This document shows positions 18,446-28,170 of a stretch of 64,000 bases of DNA, piece after piece. Each line of letters opens with the position of its first letter. Position 1 is the stretch's first letter. The stretch is from Planctomycetota bacterium. Lineage in GTDB: Bacteria > Planctomycetota > Phycisphaerae > UBA1845. The stretch lies in the NCBI GenBank assembly GCA_024280855.1, contig JAJRPG010000058.1, positions 27,504 to 91,503 on the forward strand. Reading direction: 5' to 3'. Both the position numbers and the translations under genes were made by a program. The notes under the pieces are model-generated. The model made no database searches and was not told the DNA's origin. It was given only the letters and a program-made list of their open reading frames with translations.

Positions 18446-19690
18446 ATGAAGCGTTCATCTTGGACATCTATGCTTGGCCCGGGGATTCTTGTCGCAGCGA
18501 CGGGAATCGGCGCGGGCGATTTGCTGACGGCTAGCTTGGGCGGGTCGGTGGTTGGTTTGTCGATTTTGTGGGCGGCGGGTGTGGGGGCGTTGCTAAAATG
18601 GTTTCTCAACGAAGGCGTGGCTCGATGGCAGATGGCTACGGGGACCACGCTGCTGGAAGGGTGGGTTGATAAGCTTGGCCGATGGATTCGCTGGGTTTTT
18701 CTTACCTACCTTTTGTTGTGGTCATTGTTCACCGGCGGGGCGTTGTTGAATGCTTGCGGGGTCGCGGGGACTGGTATTTTTCCGATTACCAGCGATTTGA
18801 AAACGTCCAAAATTATCTGGGGGATTGTTCATTCGTTTGTGGGGTTGGGATTGGTGTTAGCCGGCGGGTTCAAGCTTTTTGAAAAGCTCATGGCTGTGTG
18901 CATTGGGTTTATGTGCGTGACCGTTATCTCGGCTGCCATTTTAGTTAAGCCGGACTGGTCGGCTGTGCTAGCTGGGATTTTTACGCCAACTTTGCCGGCG
19001 CATGATAAGACCTGGGTGCTTGGAATTCTCGGCGGTGTCGGTGGGACAGCTACGCTTTTATCTTATGGCTATTGGATAAGGGAGAAGGGACGAGCCGGGG
19101 TGGAAGGCATTCGCATGTGCCGTCTCGACTTAGCCTTTGGTTATACGATGACTGCGCTGTTTGGCATTTCGATGATTATCATTGGTTCGACGGTTTCGCT
19201 TTCGGGGAAGGGGCCTAGCGTGGCGATAACGTTGGCGGACAGGCTCGCGGAATCGATGGGGCCTATGGGGCGATGGGTTTTTCTTGTTGGATTTTGGGGT
19301 GCAGTTTTTTCGAGCCTGCTTGGCGTGTGGCAGAGTGTGCCGTATTTGTTTGCCGATTTTTTGTCGTTGCAAAAGCGTCGAGAAGCGAAGGCGGAAGTAG
19401 TTGAGGACTTGGCTACGACGACTGGCTATCGAGTGTACATGTTTGCCTTGGCTATTGTTCCTATCCCGCTGCTGTGGGGTTCGGTGGAGTGGGCGCAGAA
19501 ATCTTATGCGGTGTTGGGTTCACTATTTATGCCGCTGCTCGCGCTGACGTTATTGTTGATGAACAACCGCACGGCTTGGGTCGGTAGAGAGTTTCGTAAC
19601 GGTTGGCTGACGAATTTGGTGCTCGTTGCAACGCTGGTTTTCTTTGCCTATATCGCGGGTGATACTGTTTATGCGAAGTTGTTTTTGTAG
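18446..19690 (+). CDS. Nramp-fold (COG1914-like) transporter with non-canonical metal-site motifs
   Basis: 414 aa, about 11 TM helices. LGPGILVAATGIGAGDLLTAS aligns to the Nramp TM1 region LGPG...DPGN. Confidence 0.65.
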   Translation: MKRSSWTSMLGPGILVAATGIGAGDLLTASLGGSVVGLSILWAAGVGALLKWFLNEGVARWQMATGTTLLEGWVDKLGRWIRWVFLTYLLLWSLFTGGALLNACGVAGTGIFPITSDLKTSKIIWGIVHSFVGLGLVLAGGFKLFEKLMAVCIGFMCVTVISAAILVKPDWSAVLAGIFTPTLPAHDKTWVLGILGGVGGTATLLSYGYWIREKGRAGVEGIRMCRLDLAFGYTMTALFGISMIIIGSTVSLSGKGPSVAITLADRLAESMGPMGRWVFLVGFWGAVFSSLLGVWQSVPYLFADFLSLQKRREAKAEVVEDLATTTGYRVYMFALAIVPIPLLWGSVEWAQKSYAVLGSLFMPLLALTLLLMNNRTAWVGREFRNGWLTNLVLVATLVFFAYIAGDTVYAKLFL

Positions 19691-19816
19691 GGCGGGTCGT
19701 GGGCCTGCCTGAACTATTTCGCTGCGAATTATAGGTGATTGCGATGATTGGTGTTCGAGTTGAACATGAAGTCTTATTTGTTGGCGGAGGTGGATTGAGT
19801 GTCGATGGTTGAGGCA

Positions 19817-19850
19817 GGTCAACCTTTCGCTAGTAAGCGAAAGAACGACC
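19817..19850 (+). repeat. hairpin repeat family A, divergent copy
   Basis: ggtcaacctttcgctagtaagcgaaagaacgacc. Outer stem GGTC/GACC, inner stem CTTTCGCT/AGCGAAAG, loop AGTA, with the same AC/AA internal loop position. Confidence 0.6.
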
Positions 19851-20019
19851 GTGCCCTACCGTGGACCGTACTCTACGTTGTTGGCGAAAGCTTTTACGCG
19901 AAGCTGTTTTGAGCGAGGCAGAAGCTGCTGTGATTGTCAGCGGTGGAAAAATTGTTGATAATGCAAGAGATTGGCTAATGGCGGAACTATAGACTCAGAG
20001 GAATATCGGAGAGAATGGC

Positions 20020-21147
20020 ATGATTTATCTTGACTACAACGCATCAACCCCTGTGGCCCCGGCTGTGCGCGAGGCGATGTGGCCATTTCTCGGCGAATTT
20101 TTTGGTAACGCTTCCAGCGATCATCCTCTAGGCCGAAAAGTCAGTGAAGCTGTGGCGAACGCCCGCAAGCAAGTGGCGGGTTTGCTTGGGGCTAAGCCTG
20201 AGGAAATTCTTTTTACGTCCGGTGGAACGGAATCTAACAATTATGTGATTAAGGGCGTGGCTCGAAAGTTAAGTGATCGTGGTAAGCACATCATTACGTC
20301 GTCTATCGAACATCCGGCTGTTGTTAATCCATGTAAATCGCTTGAAAGCGAAGGCTTTGAAACGACCTATGTGCCCGTTGATAAGTACGGTTTGATCGAT
20401 GTTCAGGAAGTCATTAACGCCGTGCAGCCTGACACGATTCTCATTTCGATTATGCACGCCAATAATGAGGTTGGCACGATTCAGCCTATCTCGGAAATTT
20501 CTGAGATTGCGCGGGAAGGTGGCATATGGATGCACACGGACTCGGCTCAGACTTGCGGGAAGCTTTCGACGGATGTTAATGAACTCGGTGTAGATTTTTT
20601 GTCTATCGCAGGCCATAAGGTCTATGCGCCGCAGGGGATCGGTGCTTTGTATATTCGAGAAGGTATTAACCTTGAGCCTTTGCATCATGGAGCCGGGCAT
20701 GAGAGTGGTCGTCGCGCGGGTACGGAAGCTGTCCCGGCTATTGTCGGGTTGGGAAAGGCGGCAGAGTTAGCGAAGGCTCATGTGGGTGACACGTCAACGG
20801 CAATGTTGCGGGATCGACTTTGGGAGGGGATTAGTCAGCAGCTTGGTGATGACGCTGTGTTGCTGGGGCATCCCACGAAGCGGCTGCCTAATACGTTAGC
20901 CGTTGGGTTTCGAAATAGGATAGGCGCAGATATTTTATTGGCCTGTCCAGAATTATGTGCCAGCACCGGGGCTGCTTGTCACGCGGCTCATCGAAAGCGT
21001 TCTGAGGTATTAGCTCAGATGAATGTGCCTGAAGATGTTGCGTTTGGTGCTGTGCGATTTAGCCTGGGGCATCCAACGACGCAGGAAGAAATCGACCAGG
21101 CTATTGAGATTATTACGAAGGCTGTGAGTCAGTGTCCGGTCGCGTAA
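20020..21147 (+). CDS. cysteine desulfurase (NifS/IscS-like class V aminotransferase)
   Basis: 375 aa. Contains SGGTESNN, HTDSAQ and SIAGHKVYAPQGIGALYIR (PLP lysine). Confidence 0.85.
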   Translation: MIYLDYNASTPVAPAVREAMWPFLGEFFGNASSDHPLGRKVSEAVANARKQVAGLLGAKPEEILFTSGGTESNNYVIKGVARKLSDRGKHIITSSIEHPAVVNPCKSLESEGFETTYVPVDKYGLIDVQEVINAVQPDTILISIMHANNEVGTIQPISEISEIAREGGIWMHTDSAQTCGKLSTDVNELGVDFLSIAGHKVYAPQGIGALYIREGINLEPLHHGAGHESGRRAGTEAVPAIVGLGKAAELAKAHVGDTSTAMLRDRLWEGISQQLGDDAVLLGHPTKRLPNTLAVGFRNRIGADILLACPELCASTGAACHAAHRKRSEVLAQMNVPEDVAFGAVRFSLGHPTTQEEIDQAIEIITKAVSQCPVA

Positions 21148-21184
21148 TGGCCAATTTACAATTTTTTGTTGCAGAAATGATATC

Positions 21185-22327
21185 ATGGCAATGCCTCCGA
21201 AACTTCCTGTAACACTAACTGAACTTCGAGGCAAAATCGATGCTGTGGACCGGCAGATTATTGAGTTGCTAGCCGCGCGTAATGACATTGTCACCGATAT
21301 TGCCCAGTGCAAAAGAGGTGATCGTACCCCGATTCGGGATCCCCAACGAGAGCGCCAGCTCATCAGCGATCGACGTGATTGGGCGGCCAAGAAAAACCTA
21401 TCCGGAGATTTTCTGGAAAGTTTGTACCGTCTCATTTTGTGGGGCAGTCGAGATCGACAAGCGTCACTCAAAGCTGAACTTCCGCTGACGACTGAGCCTC
21501 GCAAAGTGGCAATTGTAGGAGGCTGTGGGGCTATGGGGGCTTGCCTAGCTAGATTGTTTGGTGATCTGGGCCACGAGGTTTTGATTGCTGACGTAGATAC
21601 GGCACTAACTCCCGCTCAAGCTGCCGCCTCAGCCGACGTAGTTATTATCAGTGTACCCATTGAATCTACCGTACAGGTCATTCACGAACTAGGCCCGCTT
21701 GTTCCAGAGTCATCGCTGCTTATGGATGTTACGTCTATCAAGGCCAAGCCCGTCGAGGCTATGCTAAGTGCGACAAAAGCTTCTGTAGTTGGCACGCACC
21801 CCTTGTTTGGTCCTGCAGTACATTCCTTACAGGGACAGCGGTTTGTGTTAACGAAAGGGCGTGGTGATAAGTGGTTGTCTTGGCTTGAGACTATGCTACA
21901 TGCTCGCGGCTTGGTGACGATTACAGCTTCGCCCCGTCAGCACGACGAAGCCATGGCTATCGTGCAGGTGCTTATGCACTTTTCTACAGAAGTGATGGGT
22001 ATGACGCTGGGTGCATTGGATGTATCCATAGAAGAGACACTCACGTTTACTTCTCCGATTTACATGATGGAAATGCTTATGACCGGCCGACACTTCGCGC
22101 AGTCTCCGCGATTGTATAGTGCGATTCAGATGAACAACGATCTCACGCCAAAGATTGCTCAGGCATTTATAAATTCAGCCAAGCAACTCGCTGATGTCGT
22201 GACTCGTAAAGACGCAGCTGCATTCGAGGGTTTATTTGAAAAAGTCAAACAAAACTTTGGCTCATTCACACAGGATGCACTTGAGCAATCAAGCTTTTTG
22301 ATTGATCGAATGGTTGAAAGAACTTAA
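21185..22327 (+). CDS. tyrA: bifunctional chorismate mutase / prephenate dehydrogenase
   Basis: 380 aa. N-terminal CM helix region LRGKIDAVDRQIIELLAARNDIV, followed by VAIVGGCGAMGACLARLF. Confidence 0.85.
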   Translation: MAMPPKLPVTLTELRGKIDAVDRQIIELLAARNDIVTDIAQCKRGDRTPIRDPQRERQLISDRRDWAAKKNLSGDFLESLYRLILWGSRDRQASLKAELPLTTEPRKVAIVGGCGAMGACLARLFGDLGHEVLIADVDTALTPAQAAASADVVIISVPIESTVQVIHELGPLVPESSLLMDVTSIKAKPVEAMLSATKASVVGTHPLFGPAVHSLQGQRFVLTKGRGDKWLSWLETMLHARGLVTITASPRQHDEAMAIVQVLMHFSTEVMGMTLGALDVSIEETLTFTSPIYMMEMLMTGRHFAQSPRLYSAIQMNNDLTPKIAQAFINSAKQLADVVTRKDAAAFEGLFEKVKQNFGSFTQDALEQSSFLIDRMVERT

Positions 22328-22366
22328 GCGATACGTCTGTTGTTCCGGACTGTTTTTTTTCGGCGC

Positions 22367-22409
22367 GGGTGCCCCATTGTTTGCCTACTGGCAAAGGGTG
22401 GGGGACGGA
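22367..22409 (-). repeat. hairpin repeat family A, copy 2 (inverted)
   Basis: The reverse complement reads tccgtcccccaccctttgccagtaggcaaacaatggggcaccc. Confidence 0.8.
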
Positions 22410-22506
22410 TTGAATTAATGAGAAGTAGAGAAAGCCATGCCGGATCATCAATCGTCTACAGCTATTGGTCATCTACAAAAAGTTTGAAGGTTGATTGAAC
22501 ATCTAG

Positions 22507-22549
22507 TCCTTCCCCCACCCTTCGGGAGTACCCGAAGAATGGGGCACCC
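22507..22549 (+). repeat. hairpin repeat family A, copy 3
   Basis: tccttcccccacccttcgggagtacccgaagaatggggcaccc. Inner stem CTTCGGG/CCCGAAG, loop AGTA. Confidence 0.85.
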
Positions 22550-22554
22550 GAATG

Positions 22555-22598
22555 AAAAAAGCGCCGTGGCCTCTCAATAATCAGAGAAGCCACGACGC
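22555..22598 (-). terminator. intrinsic terminator of the lipoprotein gene
   Basis: 15-bp stem with 2 mismatches (gcgccgtggcctctc...gagaagccacgacgc, 22561-22598). On the minus strand it is followed by TTTTTT (22555-22560), about 40 nt after the stop. Confidence 0.7.
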
Positions 22599-22636
22599 TG
22601 TAATCGTAAAAGCTATGTCTTATCTATCCTGGAGTG

Positions 22637-23242
22637 TTACTGAATCCGACGACCCAGGAAGTTGATGCTCAGGTTTTGGTTGCCTTCTGGAATGTCTAGC
22701 AGAGTGACTGTCGAGACGAAGTCAAATGTGCCTGTCATTACATCAGAATCGTTTGCGTCAAAAGTTCCTGTAGCGGTGGCGGTGGCGGTGGCTGCTTCCA
22801 GGCCAACGGCAAAAACGGAGATGTCCGCAGCCAGGGTGAAACCTGTGGCGTCAGATGTTTGTGCGCCAAATGTAGCTGCGGCATATTGTAAGCCGGCTTG
22901 TGCGGTATCATGTCGCGCGCCATCGAAAAGGATGGTGCTCCCGAAAATTTCTGCACCTAGTGTGTTGTCGTTGAATTCTGATAATTCGCCGTTTGGACCG
23001 AAAGTGACAACCACAAATGGGACGCCTTGGCCATTGACTGATGTGGTGTAAAATTCCCATGTGCTGTCAGCCAAGGAGATGACACCGCTGCCAAGAGTAG
23101 CTGTGGTTTCAGTGCCATCGGGTAGCAATACCGTGACTTCTTCGGCTAGGCCATTGTTAGCTGGCCCGCCACAACCATTGGCGACAACAATGGTTAAACC
23201 CATAACGCCTACAACCAGCGTGCGAAACATTCTATGCGACAT
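22637..23242 (-). CDS. hypothetical lipoprotein
   Basis: 201 aa. Signal peptide with lipobox-like Cys (MSHRMFRTLVVGVMGLTIVVANGC). No recognisable domain. Confidence 0.5.
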   Translation of the reverse strand: MSHRMFRTLVVGVMGLTIVVANGCGGPANNGLAEEVTVLLPDGTETTATLGSGVISLADSTWEFYTTSVNGQGVPFVVVTFGPNGELSEFNDNTLGAEIFGSTILFDGARHDTAQAGLQYAAATFGAQTSDATGFTLAADISVFAVGLEAATATATATGTFDANDSDVMTGTFDFVSTVTLLDIPEGNQNLSINFLGRRIQ

Positions 23243-23456
23243 AACTTTTGACTCCCTGTAAACCCTTGCGAATATAATTTGTCTTCCTCAACGTTAATGT
23301 TCTCTTAACCATCGGAAAATGTGCGCACGAATTTACTTGTTTCCTCGTTTGTTTATAGACCGAAATGTCTTTTTGCATACATGGACCTTTCGCAAAGTGA
23401 CAGGAGATTGTCACTTTTAGGTGGAAGCCCTGCGCCGATAAATCGTGAAAAACACG

Positions 23457-24680
23457 TTATGGGGCAAGTGTCGAATAATCAACGCTTGCCGGGTCATGAA
23501 TCACTGGCAAATTAAGACGTGCGGTTTCGATGTACTTATTGGCCGTGCCGGTGTTGAACATCACTACGCGGTCAGTGCGGGTTATCTGACCATTTGTGAT
23601 AAGCTTTTCTATGGCTAGTACGCACGCCGCCGCTTCGGGGCAGACCGATATCCCTTCCATCGCCGTTGCCCGATACATCGTAGATATGATTTTCTCCTCT
23701 GCGGCAGACACCGCCCATCCGCCACTTTCGCGGATAGCATCGAGAATCATAAAATCACCGACCGCAGCAGGGACGCGTAAGCCGCTCGCGCAGGTGTGTG
23801 CGCCTTCCCAGGGTGTAGCAAATCGCTCGTTTGCTTCAAACGCTTTGACGATGGGAGCGCAGCCATCACTTTGTACGCTGACCATTTTGGGCATATTGTC
23901 GGACGTTAGCCAGCCAAGTTCGCGCAATTCGTGAAACGCTTTCCACATACCAATCAGGCCTGTACCACCGCCGGTGGGATATACGATGACATCAGGTAAT
24001 TGCCAGTTGAACTGTTCGGCTAGTTCCAGCCCCATCGTTTTTTTGCCTTCAATTCGATAGGGTTCTTTTAGTGTTGAGAAGTCAAACCATTTCATTTCGT
24101 CGATGCCTTGTCGTACGATTTTTCCGCAGTCTGTTATGAGACCTTCAACGAGGAACACCTTGGCGCCAGCCATGACGCATTCCATTTGGTTAATGACGGG
24201 CGTATCGCGGGGCATGAATATATACGCTTCCATGCCCGCCCGTGCGGCATAGGCAGCCATGGCTCCGCCAGCGTTTCCTGCCGTGGGGATGGCGACCCGT
24301 TTGATACCAAAATGATTGGCCATCGTAACTGCCATAGCCAAGCCGCGACTTTTGAATGAGCCGGTGGGAAGTTGGGATTCATCTTTGATCCAAAATTGGT
24401 CCAGTCCGAGAGATTGGCCAAGATTGCTGGCGGGGATTAGGGGACTCATGCCCTCGCCTAGGGAAATCGGCGTTTCGTCCGTTGGCAGGGGCAGTAATTC
24501 TCGATATCGCCAAAGGGTAGGCTCCCTGGAGGCTAACTTTTCGGGCGAAAGCACGCGTGCTATTGCTGGCAGGTCGTAGCGTACCCATAGGGGGCGGTCT
24601 TTATGGAGCGTTTGGATGGTGTCCGCTGGCAGGGAAGTGCCGTCGATAGCTGATTCCAGGTGAGTGACAAAGCATGACAT
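23457..24680 (-). CDS. thrC: threonine synthase
   Basis: 407 aa. Contains WRYRELLPL and the PLP-lysine motif SFKSRG. Confidence 0.85.
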   Translation of the reverse strand: MSCFVTHLESAIDGTSLPADTIQTLHKDRPLWVRYDLPAIARVLSPEKLASREPTLWRYRELLPLPTDETPISLGEGMSPLIPASNLGQSLGLDQFWIKDESQLPTGSFKSRGLAMAVTMANHFGIKRVAIPTAGNAGGAMAAYAARAGMEAYIFMPRDTPVINQMECVMAGAKVFLVEGLITDCGKIVRQGIDEMKWFDFSTLKEPYRIEGKKTMGLELAEQFNWQLPDVIVYPTGGGTGLIGMWKAFHELRELGWLTSDNMPKMVSVQSDGCAPIVKAFEANERFATPWEGAHTCASGLRVPAAVGDFMILDAIRESGGWAVSAAEEKIISTMYRATAMEGISVCPEAAACVLAIEKLITNGQITRTDRVVMFNTGTANKYIETARLNLPVIHDPASVDYSTLAP

Positions 24681-24960
24681 GATTCATTCCCTTATATAAA
24701 TATCCCAGATTAACGGGCCTGCGTAAGGTCTACAGCTGCGATTCTCGCTAATTCGTACCGCTTTCAGCCGTTTGAGGCAAGAAGGCGGATTTAGGTAGCG
24801 CTATGATGGAGTGTAGTTAAATGGTAAAAAATACAGCTAGTACGGATTGCATGAAGAAATCACATTTAGGATGAGGCGAATCACTCTGTGCGGGCGATTA
24901 CGCTAGGCGCTGAAAAAGTCCGATATGCTTATAATGGCTTGGTGGCTTTGAACTAGGCGT

Positions 24961-25002
24961 CCGTCCCCCATTTTTCGGGAGTACCCGAAGAATGGCGCAT
25001 CC
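24961..25002 (+). repeat. hairpin repeat family A, degenerate copy 4
   Basis: ccgtcccccatttttcgggagtacccgaagaatggcgcatcc. Confidence 0.7.
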
Positions 25003-25193
25003 AAACTTGGACGTGTATTCTGGCCGGCTGGATTGACAGGATGGACCTGTGGTTCAACAATACCGCCGCTTAGTGGGTAATACCTGAGTTCGTCGCGACT
25101 AAGAATTGTTGGGCGATGTGGAGCCGAGACGTTAATTATTCGGAAGTGTTCACTGGACATCACGGTCAACTTATACTGACACTAGCTTGGTGA

Positions 25194-26660
25194 ATGAATC
25201 GACTCGCAGGAATGCTTGAGCAACTCATGAATTCAAACATGCTTCGACATATTATTAATTCAATTATAGCCGTCGTGATATTGTTGGCTGGCGGAGCTGT
25301 TGCGATGAGGCTCGTAGCTACGAAGCCTGCGGCGGCTTCTTATGACAGCTCGTTTTCGGCGATGCCTGAGGTGGCGGTCATGGCTGCGACTCGTCGGTCG
25401 TTGGCTGCGCCGATAGTTGGGTATGGCAATGTTCGCCCGAAGAACCAAATCAATATCATTCCTGAAGTGAATGGTAAGCTGACCAAAGCTCATAAAAACT
25501 TAGCCCAGGGAAATATCATTCCTGAGGGCGAATTACTTTTTGAGATTGACGACACGGTCTATAAAGCGCGTAAGCATCAAGCGCAGGCGGAAGTGCGATC
25601 GTTGGAGGCCGCTTTGCAGCTTCACGATCAGGAATTGCGAAATCTCAACGAGCGGTTGGCTAATGTCGAGGCGATGGTTGAGATTGATTTTCGCGACTAC
25701 AAAACGTCCAAGAAATTATACGAAGACGATAAGGTGGGGACGCCGCGCGATGTTGACATGGTGCATCAAAAATATCTTCGTCAGCAAGACGCACTAGTCA
25801 GTATCAAAAATAGTGTGGCTATGATTCCTCTATTGAAGCTAGAGTCTCATGCTCAGTTAGATGCGGCGAAGGCGAGGCTCGAACAGGCGTTGCACGATTT
25901 GGAGAATACGAAAATTTTCTGCCCGTTCCGCGCTCGAGTGGAGTCTGTGATTGCTCAGGAATCACAAGTGGTCACGGCTCATTTTTCCATAGCGACGTTG
26001 ACTGATTTGGAAGCTTTTGAGATTTCGGTGAGTGTTGATCCTCGTGATCTTCCGTGGTTGGACGAATCGATTCAGCCTGCTGCGCTGGCGCTTACTGATG
26101 AGCCTACGGGGCCTCCTGTGGATATTCGCTGGTCTTCGCCGAACAAGAAGTTTACATGGCAAGGTCAGGTCTCCCGCTTTGAACGCATGGACGAAACGAC
26201 GCGCACGGCTCGGTTGGTGGTTGAGGTGCGTGATATTGATATGAAAGCGACCATCGGCGTGGGGGATGACCATAGGCCTTCGCTTTCGATTGGGATGTAT
26301 TGTCGCGCTGAGTTGCCGGCGGCTGAGTTGTCCGAAGCTGTGTTGGTTCCGCGCCATGCGATTTACGATAATCGTTTCGTGTATGTGGTTGAGACAGAGG
26401 GCGATTCAAAGATTGGCACGCTCGCGCGTCGTCAGATTTCATTGTTGCGAACGATTGGTGATGATGTTCTTGTCGATCATCTTGGTCGAGGTGATAGCGA
26501 CATTTGTGAATTATTGCCAAGCGATTTGGTCGTGACTTCACCGCTGATGCGTCCTATCTTGGGCATGAAGGTATCACTGCGGAAAAATACGTTAGCCAAG
26601 GCTGGTACGAAAACTCCGGTACTTGTCCAGCGCGTACGGCTCGTATCTCATACCGACTAA
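25194..26660 (+). CDS. RND efflux periplasmic adaptor (MFP/HlyD family)
   Basis: 488 aa. N-terminal TM helix, long coiled-coil hairpin and beta-barrel region. Confidence 0.75.
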   Translation: MNRLAGMLEQLMNSNMLRHIINSIIAVVILLAGGAVAMRLVATKPAAASYDSSFSAMPEVAVMAATRRSLAAPIVGYGNVRPKNQINIIPEVNGKLTKAHKNLAQGNIIPEGELLFEIDDTVYKARKHQAQAEVRSLEAALQLHDQELRNLNERLANVEAMVEIDFRDYKTSKKLYEDDKVGTPRDVDMVHQKYLRQQDALVSIKNSVAMIPLLKLESHAQLDAAKARLEQALHDLENTKIFCPFRARVESVIAQESQVVTAHFSIATLTDLEAFEISVSVDPRDLPWLDESIQPAALALTDEPTGPPVDIRWSSPNKKFTWQGQVSRFERMDETTRTARLVVEVRDIDMKATIGVGDDHRPSLSIGMYCRAELPAAELSEAVLVPRHAIYDNRFVYVVETEGDSKIGTLARRQISLLRTIGDDVLVDHLGRGDSDICELLPSDLVVTSPLMRPILGMKVSLRKNTLAKAGTKTPVLVQRVRLVSHTD

Positions 26661-26676
26661 CATTCTTTCGTAGTTC

Positions 26677-27924
26677 TCAAACCACCGCCTCAATCAGATC
26701 GCAAGTTGTTTCTAGTGGTTTGGCTTGATGTAATAGTTTAGCGTATTGATGACATTTGTTTGACACTTCTTTGTTCTCTAATAGTCCAGCAAGTTTCTTG
26801 GCTATCGCTTGAGCGCGAAAGTGTTTGGGTAGAATGGTGTCAGCTATGCCCATACGTTTAAGTCTGTAGGCGTTGTCGGGTTGGTCCCAGGCGAGGGGCA
26901 TGATTAGTTGTGGGATGCGGGCGACCATAGCCTGGGATAATGTGCCGATGCCGCCGTGGTGAACGATGGCTGAGCATCGCGGTAATAATTGGCTGAAGGG
27001 CACATATTTGAAATGGCGCACCGTTTCGGGCAATTGATCGGGAACCTGATCTTCAAACCGTGTCAGCAAAATGCCTCGTCGGCCTAGCGTTTGGCAGGCT
27101 TTTACTGCTTCAGCGAAAAAGCTTCGGGCGTGCATCATGCCGCTACCGGGAGTAAAAGCGATGGGTGCGTCTGTGCCGGCTAGGAATGATTCGATGTGCG
27201 GTTCGAGTTTCTGGTCTTGATTGTGTTCATCGAAGAGGGGGAACCCGGCGTGGCGGAGATGTTGGGGCCAATCTGGTTGTTGGGGTGCGTACCAATCGGG
27301 AAATAACGCGATGATGCGCTGCGGCGATAGCCACCATTCGTGCATCATGCGGTTGATGGGTGGTAGATTGAAAGTGGCTCGATAAGCGTTTATTTTTTTC
27401 ACGATGAAGATGCGATCGAGAAAAACGTCGAGGCTTCGCAAGATTGCGCGATTCACGAATGGTGGAACCCAGCTGGGGATGGGCGGCGCTCCCGCGACGA
27501 CGGGCATGGCGTAGGCGCTGCGCAGGATGGCTGGTTGTAATACGATTGTCACCAGGGGGATGTTGTGGGTTTCGTGGGCGATGCGGGCGCCGAGCGTTGC
27601 ACCGGAGGCGATGATGACGGTGTTCCCCGGTTTGTGTCGTTCGATGATGGCTTCGTATTGCGTGGGCATGGAGCGGGCCATCCATCTGCCTAGCGATCGC
27701 GCACCGGGGATTCCTTTCCAGATGTCGGGGTTAGCCATCTCGTCAAAAAATTCTTTTTCGGTGCCGATGGGGGTAAAATCAAAGCCGTGCTTTTCTGCGT
27801 GACGGGCGAAATGGGCATTGGTCATGAGTGTGACGTGATGGCCTTTGGCGCGGAGCATGATGCCAATGGCGACGAATGGGTGGACGTCGCCTTCGGTGCC
27901 GTGTGTCACAAGAATACAGTTCAC
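26677..27924 (-). CDS. GT1-family glycosyltransferase, RhlB-like
   Basis: 415 aa with a GTG start. Contains GDVHPF, LGARIAHE, LFPDWYAPQQPDWPQHLRHAGFPLFD and HHGGIGT. Confidence 0.75.
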   Translation of the reverse strand: MNCILVTHGTEGDVHPFVAIGIMLRAKGHHVTLMTNAHFARHAEKHGFDFTPIGTEKEFFDEMANPDIWKGIPGARSLGRWMARSMPTQYEAIIERHKPGNTVIIASGATLGARIAHETHNIPLVTIVLQPAILRSAYAMPVVAGAPPIPSWVPPFVNRAILRSLDVFLDRIFIVKKINAYRATFNLPPINRMMHEWWLSPQRIIALFPDWYAPQQPDWPQHLRHAGFPLFDEHNQDQKLEPHIESFLAGTDAPIAFTPGSGMMHARSFFAEAVKACQTLGRRGILLTRFEDQVPDQLPETVRHFKYVPFSQLLPRCSAIVHHGGIGTLSQAMVARIPQLIMPLAWDQPDNAYRLKRMGIADTILPKHFRAQAIAKKLAGLLENKEVSNKCHQYAKLLHQAKPLETTCDLIEAVV

Positions 27925-28056
27925 GCGAGTTCCTCATAGAGGCTTATGGCTTCGCGGGTTGATTGTGTTCGCACCATCTAGCCACGAGATTATTAGCGTA
28001 ACAAAGTAATCACGACGCGCCTACATTGGTAATTGGGTGACGTGTTATTGACTGTC

Positions 28057-28095
28057 CGTGCCCACCCTTCGGGAGTACCTGAAGAATGGGGGAGC
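28057..28095 (+). repeat. hairpin repeat family A, copy 5
   Basis: cgtgcccacccttcgggagtacctgaagaatgggggagc. The inner stem has one G:T(U) wobble. Confidence 0.75.
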
Positions 28096-28096
28096 C

Positions 28097-28134
28097 ATGC
28101 CATCAGAGCCGTACGGCGCAAGCCTGCGGACATG
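28097..28134 (+). repeat. hairpin repeat family B (GCAA loop), copy 1
   Basis: atgccatcagagccgtacggcgcaagcctgcggacatg. Abuts family A copy 5. Confidence 0.75.
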
Positions 28135-28170
28135 TCTTGTGCCTGTTGGCGTGTAAAATAGTTTATTCAC

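Noticed and set aside
22773-22792. Short GGTGGC microsatellite inside the lipoprotein gene
   Set aside because: Only three units, in frame, encoding an Ala/Thr run. This is trivial low-complexity coding sequence.
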